Numbered from the stretch's first letter, positions 1-10,117 are shown. The stretch: DNA of 58,860 nucleotides from an uncultured Micavibrio sp. (GCA_964647515.1 CAZYHI010000001.1:1-58860); one strand, 5' to 3'. The notes: generated by a model not told the origin, from the sequence alone. Program-made: numbers and translations.

Positions 1-567
1 TCGTACCGTCCTGATTTATTTGATGCTGATAAAGCCAGAGACATCTATACACCTTTAATAAAGTGGCAAAAAAATTCCGTTGATTTTTGGCTCGCAGAAA
101 CCATGTCCTCTACCGCCGAAGCAAAGCTTCTCGCTGATATGACCAAAGACACAGATAAAGATTTTTGGCTAGCTTACAGCCTAACCGATGATGTCACACC
201 TGACCAGCCGGCGACATTGCGCTCTGGCGAAACAATCGAACAAGCCATTGAAACCGCGCTTGAAATCAATGCTGATGCTTTGCTGTTTAACTGCTCCCAA
301 CCCGAAGTCATGGCCGCGGCATTAGAAGCGGTTCAAAAAAGCAATATCACCATCCCTTATGGGGTCTATGCCAACACATTTCCGCCCAAACCCGCGGAAT
401 ATTTTGCCAATGATCCCGAAAATGATGTTAAAATGCGTGATGACATAACCCCCGAAGAATATCTGCGTTATGCGCAAGAATGGGTCGGTTTAGGCGCGAC
501 CATCATTGGCGGTTGCTGCGGTATTGGCCCGCAACATATTGAAAAATTGGCAGCATTAAACAAATAA
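1..567 (+). CDS. homocysteine S-methyltransferase family protein, C-terminal part (5' end outside window)
   Basis: Frame 1 is open from base 1 through the ATG at 103, so the ORF is cut by the window edge. The C-terminal IIGGCCGIGPQHI (zinc-ligand Cys-Cys) is typical of the S-methyl_trans (MmuM/BHMT-type) family. Confidence 0.75.
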   Translation, partial: SYRPDLFDADKARDIYTPLIKWQKNSVDFWLAETMSSTAEAKLLADMTKDTDKDFWLAYSLTDDVTPDQPATLRSGETIEQAIETALEINADALLFNCSQPEVMAAALEAVQKSNITIPYGVYANTFPPKPAEYFANDPENDVKMRDDITPEEYLRYAQEWVGLGATIIGGCCGIGPQHIEKLAALNK

Positions 568-618
568 GGCGATAAAGTCTTTCAGCACCATCATGCTCTG
601 TGTTAAAATGCTCTAATC

Positions 619-1566
619 ATGGTTGATTTTACGACATCCTTATTACGTGAAAAATTTACAATTACCGAAAAACTGGACAAAAAGGCTGACCCCCTTGTTG
701 CCCTCAGTAATCGTGTTGTCGTTCCGTTAATCAGTGCGGATAAAATTGACAATGAAACTTTTGTTATCCGAACACAAAATATGCATAGCTGCGCGCGATT
801 TGCCGCCGCCATTACAAAAGAATTTTTTGAACGCGGGACAATCGCCAACCGTGCCATTCCTCTACAATGGAATGAAATATGGTTAGATGTTATCAAAGGG
901 TATGAGCGTGATTGGAACAAAGACATTTGGTGTGCCATCTATCACAAAGGGCGCATCATTTATCAAAAAGGTGAGCACCATCCTTTCCTCGATATCATTG
1001 AACAATGTGATGCCACCAATAAAGAAGAATATAGTAAAAGTATTTCAGTGGCTGAAGATGCTTTTACAAAAGCGGGAAAAGACGTTGATATTCGTCATGA
1101 ATCAAATGTTGCGCTGATTACAGCCTGCACAGATGAACAAGCAAAAGCAGGAATTATTATTCGTGCGGCGGGAAGTACAACAACATTCAACTACACGGCG
1201 ACACCAAATTTAAAAACACCTAAACCCATTCACGCGCACACAACGCTAACCGTTGCCGCCGCTTTTTTAGAAGGCGTGCAACTGGCTTTTCAGGTAGGCT
1301 TGCTCAATAAAAGGTTAGAGTATGGATTAATGGATCGATTTTCTGATGAAGAACGACAACATAAAAGGGCTACCGCACGCCTTCTTAATTTAGACCGCGC
1401 CATTGGTATATATGAACAGCAATTTACAGTCACCTATCGTCCTGATCGTCCCATATTCAAAGAAATGGTCGAAAGGGCGGAAAAAGCGGCTATTCGTATC
1501 CTCAAAGATGAGGTAAGCGATAAAATCTCTGGTGGGGCAAAATCATCAAGCAGTTGGGTTGAATAA
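619..1566 (+). CDS. hypothetical protein
   Basis: 315-aa ORF with an ATG start and no motif I recognise. The coding call rests on length and unbiased composition only. Confidence 0.5.
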   Translation: MVDFTTSLLREKFTITEKLDKKADPLVALSNRVVVPLISADKIDNETFVIRTQNMHSCARFAAAITKEFFERGTIANRAIPLQWNEIWLDVIKGYERDWNKDIWCAIYHKGRIIYQKGEHHPFLDIIEQCDATNKEEYSKSISVAEDAFTKAGKDVDIRHESNVALITACTDEQAKAGIIIRAAGSTTTFNYTATPNLKTPKPIHAHTTLTVAAAFLEGVQLAFQVGLLNKRLEYGLMDRFSDEERQHKRATARLLNLDRAIGIYEQQFTVTYRPDRPIFKEMVERAEKAAIRILKDEVSDKISGGAKSSSSWVE

Positions 1567-1567
1567 T

Positions 1568-2020
1568 CTACTTATTCAAATACTTCGCCATAAATGGCGC
1601 ACCATGCTGTGTTGTAAATTTTTCTGCATAGCCCAGTGCTTCATAATATTCTTTATGATATTCAGCAGCTAGCATCACCATCGCTTTATCAAACATCATA
1701 AGCTCATCTAAAATATACTGCTCACATGCCCTCACTAAAGAAGCCGCTATACCCTGCCGACGATACTCTTCTTTTGTGCCTAACCAGCTAATACTATAAG
1801 TATCAGGCGTCAAGAACACTGGTGTTACGACAGACATACCAACAACTTGATCTTGATCATTCAGCCCAATAAATGTGTTAGGCTTATAAACATAGTCGCT
1901 CAAACTAGCAGGAAAATCTTTATCAGCAATATGTCGCCATTTTTCTCCAAAACAACCGATACAAACATCAATTGTTTCTTGAAGCTTTGATTGATCCAAC
2001 AACTGAATTTTATAATTCAT
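1568..2020 (-). CDS. GNAT family N-acetyltransferase
   Basis: 150 aa. RRQGIAASLV fits the acetyl-CoA-binding R/Q-x-x-G-x-G/A motif. It starts 2 nt after the acnA stop, so it is probably co-transcribed. Confidence 0.75.
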   Translation of the reverse strand: MNYKIQLLDQSKLQETIDVCIGCFGEKWRHIADKDFPASLSDYVYKPNTFIGLNDQDQVVGMSVVTPVFLTPDTYSISWLGTKEEYRRQGIAASLVRACEQYILDELMMFDKAMVMLAAEYHKEYYEALGYAEKFTTQHGAPFMAKYLNK

Positions 2021-2022
2021 TT

Positions 2023-4686
2023 TTAAGCAGCCAAGTCGCGCAGAACATAATGTAAAATACCGCCGTGGCGGTAATAATCCACCTCGTCCAATGTATCAAT
2101 ACGAGACATCAGTGCGACTTCTTCGCTTGAACCATCGGCACGTGTGATTGTCATACTGACATCTTGTTGTGGCTTCATATCACCAGCGATGCCAGAGATA
2201 TCAAAAGTTTCAGAGCCATCAAGGTTTAAACTCTCACGGGTTACGCCATCTTTAAAGACGAGCGGTAGAACGCCCATCCCCACTAAATTTGATCTATGAA
2301 TACGCTCAAAACTTTCAGCAACCACAGCTTTCACACCCAACAACCTTGTTCCCTTCGCCGCCCAATCACGCGAAGAGCCCGTACCATATTCTTTACCCGC
2401 AATCACAACCAACGGCGTGCCAGCCTCTTGATATTTCATTGACGCATCATAGATACTCATCTGCTCATCATCAGGAATATATTTTGTGTACCCCCCTTCA
2501 ACATTATCGAGCATAAGATTTTTAATACGGATATTACCGAATGTTCCGCGCATCATCACTTCATGATTTCCACGACGAGAACCGAATGAGTTAAAATCTT
2601 TCGGACCAATTTGATGAGAACTTAAATATTCCCCCGCAGGACCAGCCTTCTTAATCGCGCCAGCTGGTGAAATATGATCTGTCGTCACACTATGCCCTAA
2701 CAAAGCCAGCGCACGTGCGCCTTTAATGTCCGCGGTGTCATCGGTTGTTTTTTCCATCCCATCAAAAAATGGCGGATTTTTCACGTAAGTTGAACCAGGC
2801 GCCCAATCATAAGTTTGCCCTGCATCATCCGCGCCAATGGCTTGCCATTCTTTCGTGCCCTTGAACACATCACCATAACGTTCGGTAAACATGGCAGGTG
2901 TCAAACATTCTTCAACAGTTTTGCGAATTTCCTCATTGCTCGGCCAGATATCTTTCATGTAAACATCATTGCCTTCCGTATCCTGACCAATTGGGTCTTT
3001 ATAGAGATCAATGTTTAGCGACCCTGCTAGCGCATACGCCACAACCAATGGCGGTGATGCCAAATAGTTCGCCGTGACATGTGGGCTGATACGCCCTTCA
3101 AAATTTCTGTTTCCTGACAACACACCACAAACCGTTAAGTCATTATCCTCAATTGCTTTGGTAATCTCAGGTGATAGTGGGCCAGAATTTCCGATACAGG
3201 TCGTACAACCATAACCGACCAGATTAAAACCCAGCGCATCCAAATCATCTTGCAAGTTTGCGCGTTCAAGATACTCCGTCACCACTTGTGACCCAGGGGC
3301 GAGCGATGTTTTCACCCACGGCTTCACGCTTAAACCTTTGGCAAGCGCATTACGCGCCACCAGTCCAGCCGCCACCATCACATCGGGGTTTGATGTATTT
3401 GTACAAGAAGTAATCGCCGCAATCGCCACATTACCATCGACCATATCAAATTCTTGCCCCATGACCGCGCTCGATTTTTGGTTCGGCACATGTTTTTTGA
3501 ACGCAGGCGCAGCATCACTCAACGCAATTCTATCTTGCGGACGTTTCGGCCCCGCGATGGATGGCACAACATCCTGCAAATTCAATGACAAAGTTTTGGT
3601 GAATTCAGGCTCATGCCCCTCTTCTCTCCACATGCCTTGCTCTTTGGCGTAGGCTTCAACCAGCGCAACGCGGTCTTTATCACGTCCTGTAAATTCGAGG
3701 TATCTTATCGTCTCCGCATCAATCGGGAAGAAGCCACAAGTCGCGCCATATTCAGGTGCCATGTTGGCAATCGTCGCACGATCTGCCAGTGACAAGTTCT
3801 GCAAACCATCACCGTAAAATTCGACAAACTTACCCACCACGCCCAGCTCGCGCAGCATTTCAACAACAACCAGAACCAAGTCCGTCGCTGTTGCGCCTTC
3901 TTTTAATTGACCTTCAAGTTTAAAGCCCACCACTTCGGGAATTAACATGGAGACAGGCTGACCCAGCATCGCTGCTTCGGCTTCAATACCACCAACGCCC
4001 CAACCCAAAATACCAAGACCGTTAATCATTGTCGTGTGTGAGTCCGTCCCCACTAAAGTATCAGGATACGCAACATCACTGCCGTTTTGGTCTTTTTCCA
4101 TCCAAACAGTTTGGCCCAGATATTCTAGATTCACTTGGTGACAAATCCCCGTTCCCGGTGGCACAACGCGAAAATTATCAAACGCATCTTGTCCCCATTT
4201 TAAAAACTCATAACGTTCGCCATTACGTTCAAATTCACGTTCAACATTGGCACTAAAGGCACGCTCGGTTCCAAACTCATCGACCATCACAGAATGGTCA
4301 ATGACTAGATCTACCGCGCTTAACGGGTTAATTTTTTGCACATCACCGCCAAGGTTTTTAATCGCCTCACGCATCGCCGCCAAATCAACCACGGCAGGCA
4401 CACCTGTAAAATCTTGCAACAGAACACGCGCAGGACGATAGGCTATTTCCTTGGTTGAGCTTTTTGTATCCAGCCAATCTGCCACCGCTTGGACATCATC
4501 AGTTGTGACAGAACGTCCATCTTCATAACGCAATAAGTTTTCTAACAAGACTTTAAGGCTAAACGGCAGTTTAGAAATATCACCGATTTTCTCCGCCGCC
4601 GCTTTCAGGGAAAAATAATCATATGATTTTCCATTCACTTCCAGTGTTTTACGTGTGCCTAAAGTGTCTTGTCCTGTTTGTGTCAT
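2023..4686 (-). CDS. acnA: aconitate hydratase A
   Basis: 887 aa with the Fe-S cluster ligand motifs [18 protein letters not shown] and [10 protein letters not shown]. Length and N-terminus ([22 protein letters not shown]) are typical of AcnA/IRP-type aconitases. Confidence 0.97.
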   Translation of the reverse strand: MTQTGQDTLGTRKTLEVNGKSYDYFSLKAAAEKIGDISKLPFSLKVLLENLLRYEDGRSVTTDDVQAVADWLDTKSSTKEIAYRPARVLLQDFTGVPAVVDLAAMREAIKNLGGDVQKINPLSAVDLVIDHSVMVDEFGTERAFSANVEREFERNGERYEFLKWGQDAFDNFRVVPPGTGICHQVNLEYLGQTVWMEKDQNGSDVAYPDTLVGTDSHTTMINGLGILGWGVGGIEAEAAMLGQPVSMLIPEVVGFKLEGQLKEGATATDLVLVVVEMLRELGVVGKFVEFYGDGLQNLSLADRATIANMAPEYGATCGFFPIDAETIRYLEFTGRDKDRVALVEAYAKEQGMWREEGHEPEFTKTLSLNLQDVVPSIAGPKRPQDRIALSDAAPAFKKHVPNQKSSAVMGQEFDMVDGNVAIAAITSCTNTSNPDVMVAAGLVARNALAKGLSVKPWVKTSLAPGSQVVTEYLERANLQDDLDALGFNLVGYGCTTCIGNSGPLSPEITKAIEDNDLTVCGVLSGNRNFEGRISPHVTANYLASPPLVVAYALAGSLNIDLYKDPIGQDTEGNDVYMKDIWPSNEEIRKTVEECLTPAMFTERYGDVFKGTKEWQAIGADDAGQTYDWAPGSTYVKNPPFFDGMEKTTDDTADIKGARALALLGHSVTTDHISPAGAIKKAGPAGEYLSSHQIGPKDFNSFGSRRGNHEVMMRGTFGNIRIKNLMLDNVEGGYTKYIPDDEQMSIYDASMKYQEAGTPLVVIAGKEYGTGSSRDWAAKGTRLLGVKAVVAESFERIHRSNLVGMGVLPLVFKDGVTRESLNLDGSETFDISGIAGDMKPQQDVSMTITRADGSSEEVALMSRIDTLDEVDYYRHGGILHYVLRDLAA

Positions 4687-4794
4687 GGTCTGTCGTTTTC
4701 CTTATAAAGCGTTGCAATAAAAAACTATTCGTCAGAGTAGCATAAAGAATTACAAGCGTGAATCTTTAATACAAGATGTTTTTACGTATTGTTA

Positions 4795-4822
4795 TTGACA
4801 TAGTATTTAAGCGCGTTATAAA
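4795..4822 (+). promoter_or_regulatory. candidate sigma70-type promoter
   Basis: TTGACA (4795-4800), N16, TATAAA (4817-4822), about 31 nt upstream of ATG 4854. Pattern match only. Confidence 0.35.
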
Positions 4823-4853
4823 AGACCTATAATTTATTAAGGAAATGTGAAAG

Positions 4854-5285
4854 ATGGTTATAAACAAAGGACAAAAAAAAGAAGATAACGGATTTGAGCA
4901 AGAAGAAAAGCTATTTAGACTAACTGAACAGTGGGTCATGGCTTCTCCACAACTTATTAATTTACGTAAAACTATTTCTGAAGAAAAACTCTATGCCGTT
5001 GTGTTGAATACAATATTTAATTCAGAAGTCCAATCAGAAGCGCGGATATTATTGGGGAAAATAGAAAAAATTAGCGAACCACAGACAACCGAAGCAGAAC
5101 TTGAAGAAAATATAAAATTTGTACCTTCAAGCAGAACATATTTTAAAAATACAATCGAAGCAGCATTAACCTCTGAAACAATTAACGCAAATGCGTCAGG
5201 CTATGAAAATAAAGAGCAGTTAAAAACTTACCGTACACTTGCTGCTCAGTACTGCGGATCACCAAAATATGGGACAGGCAGCTAA
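4854..5285 (+). CDS. hypothetical protein
   Basis: 143-aa ORF, Glu/Lys-rich, with no recognisable motif. It is preceded by a promoter-like sequence and an AAGGAAATG-type purine-rich stretch. Confidence 0.45.
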   Translation: MVINKGQKKEDNGFEQEEKLFRLTEQWVMASPQLINLRKTISEEKLYAVVLNTIFNSEVQSEARILLGKIEKISEPQTTEAELEENIKFVPSSRTYFKNTIEAALTSETINANASGYENKEQLKTYRTLAAQYCGSPKYGTGS

Positions 5286-5440
5286 AAAACCCGCAACTAG
5301 CTTCACAAATGAAAAATTGAAATAAAATTACAATAAAAAACATAATTTGACGTAATTTCGTCACATTTATATGAGAGTATAGAAGAATAAGATTAAGTCT
5401 CTTATTTGAATTTATAAATAGTTTGCTCAACAAATAGATA

Positions 5441-5472
5441 TCCGTTACTTCCCGCCGAAGTGACGGATTTTC
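5441..5472 (+). terminator. candidate rho-independent terminator
   Basis: 11-bp stem tccgttacttc / gaagtgacgga (one G-U pair), loop ccgcc, then TTTT. It lies about 155 nt downstream of the 4854-5285 ORF. Confidence 0.45.
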
Positions 5473-5581
5473 TCTATGAAACCTCTGTGTCTCCGCGCCT
5501 CTGTGGTTCAATTTTTTTTAACCACACAACCAACGCAAAGGCGCGAAGCCGCAAAGCTTACAGTTTTATGCCGAACGCTTT

Positions 5582-5616
5582 GCGATTCAATGGGGCGATT
5601 CAATGGGGCGATTCAA
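5582..5616. repeat. 13-bp tandem repeat, 2.7 copies (gcgattcaatggg)
   Basis: Read directly: gcgattcaatggg at 5582-5594 and 5595-5607, plus a partial gcgattcaa at 5608-5616. Intergenic. Confidence 0.85.
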
Positions 5617-5674
5617 AAAATTGTGAATTTTCTATATTCTTTATAACCTCTACGGTTACATCTATTAGATTTCT

Positions 5675-6376
5675 TTAACGCCGTCCACGCTTACGACGAC
5701 TCTTACACCTGATACCAATAGACTCATATTCTTCTAAATTATCAATAGCTTGCTGCTGAGTTCTACGTTCTTGATTAAGACTATCATTAAGCCGTATCAA
5801 CACATCATGGAATGAGTTTTTAATAAGGTTAAGCTCCCCTTCCAGATCATCTTTATGAACGGGGCCAAACGTCCCCCCCTTTGCATCAAGCACATCAGAT
5901 AAGGCACGCCCAATGAAGTTGTGGTAACGATTAACCAGCTTTTGATCGACTTCAACATGTTTAAATTCATGCGCCAATATCGCGCTATGCATACAACTGC
6001 CCTTTGGAAACTCACTAGCCACAAAAATTGTCGGGTCAAGGTTAATTTCCACATCAATGGCTTTTAAGAAAATACAGCTTTGCTGGGTCAGAGGATGCGT
6101 CTCATGAAGAAAAGAAATGTTATTTTTCAATTGGATAGAACCACTCATTAAACCGCTAACGCTGGTTTTATGTTGTGGACCATAAGGCGAAATCGTATCG
6201 ACATCGACACTATTAAGTTGCGCCTTGGTTTTGGTAAAATCATATTTCACGTGGCTTCTACTGGGGCGTACATTAATCCGAGGCGGGATTTTGGCCTTAC
6301 ACTCCATCGCCCAAGAGGGCTTAGGCGTATAAAATGCAAAAAACAGAGCTATAACAAGGATAAGTGGGCGATACAC
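5675..6376 (-). CDS. secreted putative zinc-metallopeptidase-like protein (HExxH; DUF922-like)
   Basis: The N-terminal signal peptide MYRPLILVIALFFAFYTPKPSWA is followed by HEFKH (HExxH) in ILAHEFKHVEV. Size and layout resemble DUF922 predicted secreted Zn-proteases; the family assignment is from memory and was not searched. Confidence 0.5.
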   Translation of the reverse strand: MYRPLILVIALFFAFYTPKPSWAMECKAKIPPRINVRPSRSHVKYDFTKTKAQLNSVDVDTISPYGPQHKTSVSGLMSGSIQLKNNISFLHETHPLTQQSCIFLKAIDVEINLDPTIFVASEFPKGSCMHSAILAHEFKHVEVDQKLVNRYHNFIGRALSDVLDAKGGTFGPVHKDDLEGELNLIKNSFHDVLIRLNDSLNQERRTQQQAIDNLEEYESIGIRCKSRRKRGRR

Positions 6377-6481
6377 GTGAGGATTCTTTTTGAAATTGTT
6401 AACTTATTAAAACAAACTATTCCTATTTTAACGCAGTTCGGTTACAAAATGCTAAAGAATAGTGAATGAAAGGCTAAAAAA

Positions 6482-6772
6482 ATGGTACTGATCGGAACAA
6501 TACTTATATATGCATTGAAAATCTTCTTTTGGATTATCATCATGCAAGTTGTCTTAAGCTGGCTAATCGCTTTTGAGGTCATCAATGTTCGCAACGCACA
6601 AGCACAGAACCTCATCAAACTTCTTAACAAAATCACTGATCCTGTTTTTAAACCTTTACGAAAAATCATTCCTGCCATCGCAGGGATTGATATAACGCCA
6701 ATTATTATTATCTTCGCTATTTCTATCTTACAAAGTTTTATCGCCAAAATATTTATTTACGGAGCGTATTAA
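6482..6772 (+). CDS. YggT family membrane protein
   Basis: 96 aa with two TM segments. VLSWLIAF...ITDPVFKPLRKIIP...IDITPII is the typical YggT signature. The position upstream of folD is common. Confidence 0.8.
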   Translation: MVLIGTILIYALKIFFWIIIMQVVLSWLIAFEVINVRNAQAQNLIKLLNKITDPVFKPLRKIIPAIAGIDITPIIIIFAISILQSFIAKIFIYGAY

Positions 6773-6776
6773 CCCG

Positions 6777-7643
6777 ATGAGCGCAGAGATTATTGATGGC
6801 AAAGCCATTGCGAACGCCTTAAAAGAAGACATCAAAAAAGATGTCACCGCCTTAAAAGAAAAAGGCATCACCGTTGGCTTGGCTGTTATTTTGGTCGGTG
6901 ATGATCCTGCATCACACGTTTATGTCCGCAATAAAATAAAATCCTGCGAAGCGGTTGGTATCGTCAGCACAGAACAACGTCTTGATGAAAGCACGACAGA
7001 ACAAGAAATCCGTCACGTTATCAAAAATCTAAACACCAACCCTGATGTCCATGGTATTCTACTACAACTTCCCTTACCTGATCATTTATCCGATGTCCAA
7101 GAAAGCTTGGTTCAGCAAATTGAACCGCACAAGGATGTCGATGGTTTAACCACCCTGAATGCGGGTAAATTATTTTTAGGGCATGGTGATGGTTTAACGC
7201 CCTGCACCCCGCAAGGATCGCTTCGTCTTATCAAGTCCGTTGAGAAAAATTTAAGCGGCAAACATGCCGTTGTTATTGGTCGCTCTAACTTATTTGGAAA
7301 GCCTATGGCGCAATTATTGCTCCAAGAAAATTGTACCGTGACCATAGCGCATTCTCGCACCAAAGATATTGAAAGCGTGTGCAAGCAGGCCGACATTTTG
7401 GTCGCCGCCGTTGGGCGCACCGAAATGGTCAAAGCGAACTGGGTTAAAGACGGCGCGATTGTGATTGATGTCGGGATTAACAGAATGCCAGCGACAGACG
7501 AAAAACCGAAAGGTTACCTCCTCGGCGATGTTGATTTTGACGCAGTTAAAGAAGTTGCCTCCGCCATAACCCCCGTCCCCGGCGGTGTAGGCCCCATGAC
7601 CATCGCGTGTCTACTGGCGAATACGGTCAAAGCAGCGGGTTAG
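6777..7643 (+). CDS. folD: bifunctional methylenetetrahydrofolate dehydrogenase/cyclohydrolase
   Basis: 288 aa with VGDDPASHVYVRNK, GRSNLFGKPMAQLL and PVPGGVGPMTIA motifs characteristic of FolD. Confidence 0.95.
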   Translation: MSAEIIDGKAIANALKEDIKKDVTALKEKGITVGLAVILVGDDPASHVYVRNKIKSCEAVGIVSTEQRLDESTTEQEIRHVIKNLNTNPDVHGILLQLPLPDHLSDVQESLVQQIEPHKDVDGLTTLNAGKLFLGHGDGLTPCTPQGSLRLIKSVEKNLSGKHAVVIGRSNLFGKPMAQLLLQENCTVTIAHSRTKDIESVCKQADILVAAVGRTEMVKANWVKDGAIVIDVGINRMPATDEKPKGYLLGDVDFDAVKEVASAITPVPGGVGPMTIACLLANTVKAAG

Positions 7644-7649
7644 TTTTTG

Positions 7650-7678
7650 TTGACATAATGTAAAAACTTTTGTATTAT
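7650..7678 (+). promoter_or_regulatory. candidate sigma70-type promoter, possibly giving a leaderless mRNA
   Basis: TTGACA (7650-7655), N17, TATTAT (7673-7678). The first ATG of the downstream ORF (7685) lies 7 nt after the -10 box and has no Shine-Dalgarno. Confidence 0.45.
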
Positions 7679-7684
7679 CCGCGA

Positions 7685-8659
7685 ATGCATGACGTCTTTG
7701 AAGAATTTAACAAACACTGTAAAAAAAAGCGAACCTCGCTAGGTTGGGCATTTTTCAATACCGTTTCATATCACTTAAATAAACACGATCTATTACCAAC
7801 GGCCAAACAACCTCAAGCATTACAAATTGCACGGTTAACGAAGTTAATGCAAAAAATACTTAAAGGGGAAGAAGATAAAGAGTCTATATATGACATGGAT
7901 TTGGAACGCATTGCACCCCTTGGAACAGAAGCTGAAAAAATCTTAATCAACTTAGATTACAGCGAATATTTCAAAAACTTAATACGAAATACATGCGACG
8001 AAACCATGCAATATCTAATTGCAAACCATTGGAAGGACATTGAACAATTAAAAAACCTCCCCCTACAAGAACGTAAAAAATTTCTTCAATCCGTCCATGA
8101 ATTAGCTATTAAAAATTTTCAAAAACAAATGGTAAATCATTCAGATTTTTCAGAACAAATTAACCCTTTAACTTTGGATTGTATTATCAGTGATTTGAAC
8201 GAAGGTGATATAAAGCATAAAATTATAGAAAAATTTAGTAAGTATGCTGTTTTCGCTTCTACAATAGCATCTGGTCGTATTGGGTATTATCATCGTGATG
8301 ATGCTAAACCAGCGCCAATGCTAAGCAACATAATGCATGAAACGGTGCACGCTATAGAGTTAAATTTAGCTAATATATATTACAAAAATAAGGATTTAAT
8401 CCCCCCTACACTTAAAAGAGATGCTAGACTAATGTACCTATCTATAACATCTGATAGTGGAAAAGGCATTTCTTTTGAACATTTATACTTACTACAGCAC
8501 TTCGAAAGAATGGCTTATGAGATAGATGACAGAGCGCAGAAGCATATAAAGAAAAAATTACAACATCTGAACGATCCGACAATAGAGCAGTGTATTATTG
8601 GAAAATATAATGGTACTCCACCCTACGAAGTAAACAAAATACTTCAAGCAGAACCATGA
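7685..8659 (+). CDS. hypothetical protein with HExxH motif
   Basis: The track ORF starts at a TTG (7670) that falls inside the predicted promoter, so I prefer ATG 7685. The only motif recognised is HETVH in NIMHETVHAIE. The region is visibly AT-rich. Confidence 0.5.
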   Translation: MHDVFEEFNKHCKKKRTSLGWAFFNTVSYHLNKHDLLPTAKQPQALQIARLTKLMQKILKGEEDKESIYDMDLERIAPLGTEAEKILINLDYSEYFKNLIRNTCDETMQYLIANHWKDIEQLKNLPLQERKKFLQSVHELAIKNFQKQMVNHSDFSEQINPLTLDCIISDLNEGDIKHKIIEKFSKYAVFASTIASGRIGYYHRDDAKPAPMLSNIMHETVHAIELNLANIYYKNKDLIPPTLKRDARLMYLSITSDSGKGISFEHLYLLQHFERMAYEIDDRAQKHIKKKLQHLNDPTIEQCIIGKYNGTPPYEVNKILQAEP

Positions 8660-8668
8660 TAAAAATCT

Positions 8669-10117
8669 CTACTCCCCCTGCGCTTTTGTGAAACCGTCCG
8701 CGCCATCAAAGCTGTGGAGCATCAGGGCGTTGGTGAAGTTCATATCGGCGGCGTTGAGGTTTGAGAGCAACTCAACGACTTCGGATGTTTTTACCGTTGC
8801 ACCATCTTTGCCCAAAAAACGCAAACGCCAATTATCGGTACAGAAAGTTTCCGCCGCACCATCAGGCCAAACTTTAACCCCACGGTTGGAAATAATATGC
8901 AGGTCAATGTTATCCGTCAGGCATGGCTTCACCAGCGCGGCAAGGTCATCAGGCTTACCTTCGTAATTCAAACCAATATCAACACCGATACGCTCTTTCT
9001 TCTCTGGCGTGATTTTTTTCAATGGCGGAATGACGATGCCTTTTGATTCACTATTATACGCCACCTCTGGCAAGGTCGATGGGGTTTGCCCTAAACGTTC
9101 AATCACGGCGGCGGTAAATTCATCCGTGCCAACGCGTTTTTTACTATGCCCTTCACGGTAAATATCGCCGGTATGGATTCCATCCTCGATTGTTTTTTTC
9201 CACGCATTGTGGATTTTTGTCGCGACATCGCCTTGCCCAATATGCACCAGCATCATAATCGCACCCAAAATCAAACCCGATGGATTGGCAATCCCCTGCC
9301 CTGCAATATCTGGCGCACTACCATGTACGGCTTCAAACATCCCAAAGTCCAAGCCAATGTTAGACGAGCCGCCAAGCCCGACGGACCCCGTGACTTCAGC
9401 GGCCACGTCAGAAACAATATCACCATATAAATTCGGCAACACCACCACATCAAACATGCCGGGGTTGGCGGCAACCTTCGCTGTGCCGATGTCAATAATC
9501 ATATGGTCTTGTTCAATGTCGGGATATTCTTCACCAATTTCATCAAAGACTTTATGGAACAAACCATCAGCCATTTTCATGATGTTATCTTTGGTCATAC
9601 AAGTGACTTTTTTACGACCATTCGCCCGCGCATATTCAAACGCATAACGCACAATGCGCTCCGTCCCTGGACGAGAGATCAGCTTCAGCGAAGCCATGAC
9701 TTGTTGGGACTGACGATACTCAATCCCACCATAAAGATCTTCTTCATTCTCACGAATGATAACCAAATCCATATCATCATGGTGCGTTTCCACATAGGGC
9801 GCATAGGCGACACACGGACGTACATTGGCGAACAGCCCCAATGTTTTACGCACCGTCACATTAAGTGATTTAAACCCACCGCCTTGCGGTGTCGTAATCG
9901 GTGCTTTTAAAAATATCTTGGTACGGCGTAGGCTTTCCCATGAACTATCCGCGATGCCCGATGGCACACCACTTTCATACACCGCTTTACCAATTTCAAT
10001 TTCCTCAATGTCCAGCCTTGCGCCCGCGGCTTCTAAAACCTGCAAAGTCGCGTCCATAATCGCGGGACCAATCCCGTCTCCACGGGCGATAGTAATGGGT
10101 GTATTTTGAGCTGACAT
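8669..10117 (-). CDS. icd: isocitrate dehydrogenase (isocitrate/isopropylmalate dehydrogenase family, long form)
   Basis: 482 aa with an N-terminal ITIARGDGIGPAIMDA and NLYGDIVSD motif. From memory, the ~480-aa form with a C-terminal extension resembles the Rickettsia-type Icd. Confidence 0.9.
   Translation of the reverse strand: MSAQNTPITIARGDGIGPAIMDATLQVLEAAGARLDIEEIEIGKAVYESGVPSGIADSSWESLRRTKIFLKAPITTPQGGGFKSLNVTVRKTLGLFANVRPCVAYAPYVETHHDDMDLVIIRENEEDLYGGIEYRQSQQVMASLKLISRPGTERIVRYAFEYARANGRKKVTCMTKDNIMKMADGLFHKVFDEIGEEYPDIEQDHMIIDIGTAKVAANPGMFDVVVLPNLYGDIVSDVAAEVTGSVGLGGSSNIGLDFGMFEAVHGSAPDIAGQGIANPSGLILGAIMMLVHIGQGDVATKIHNAWKKTIEDGIHTGDIYREGHSKKRVGTDEFTAAVIERLGQTPSTLPEVAYNSESKGIVIPPLKKITPEKKERIGVDIGLNYEGKPDDLAALVKPCLTDNIDLHIISNRGVKVWPDGAAETFCTDNWRLRFLGKDGATVKTSEVVELLSNLNAADMNFTNALMLHSFDGADGFTKAQGE

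Noticed and set aside
5182-5511. 109-aa minus-strand ORF and overlapping 72-aa plus-strand ORF (5460-5678) in the 5.3-5.7 kb spacer
   Set aside because: They run through hairpins, a terminator-like structure and a tandem repeat. The peptides (NHRGAETQRFHRE, VSPRLCGS) look like the recurrent translation artefacts of intergenic repeats rather than proteins.
5582-5616. Possible CRISPR-like or other repeat array
   Set aside because: It has only 2.7 directly abutting 13-bp units with no spacers and no cas genes, so it is a simple tandem repeat.
9207-9647. Long antisense or alternative-frame ORFs inside conserved genes (146 aa in icd; 53854-54297 in recN; 57783-58277 and 58114-58686 in ftsZ; 3338-3652 in acnA; 42194-42607 in the FG-GAP gene)
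   Set aside because: All lie entirely within genes whose products carry unambiguous family motifs on the other strand or frame. Their compositions are skewed (Ser/Pro/Arg/Cys-rich), so they are typical shadow ORFs.
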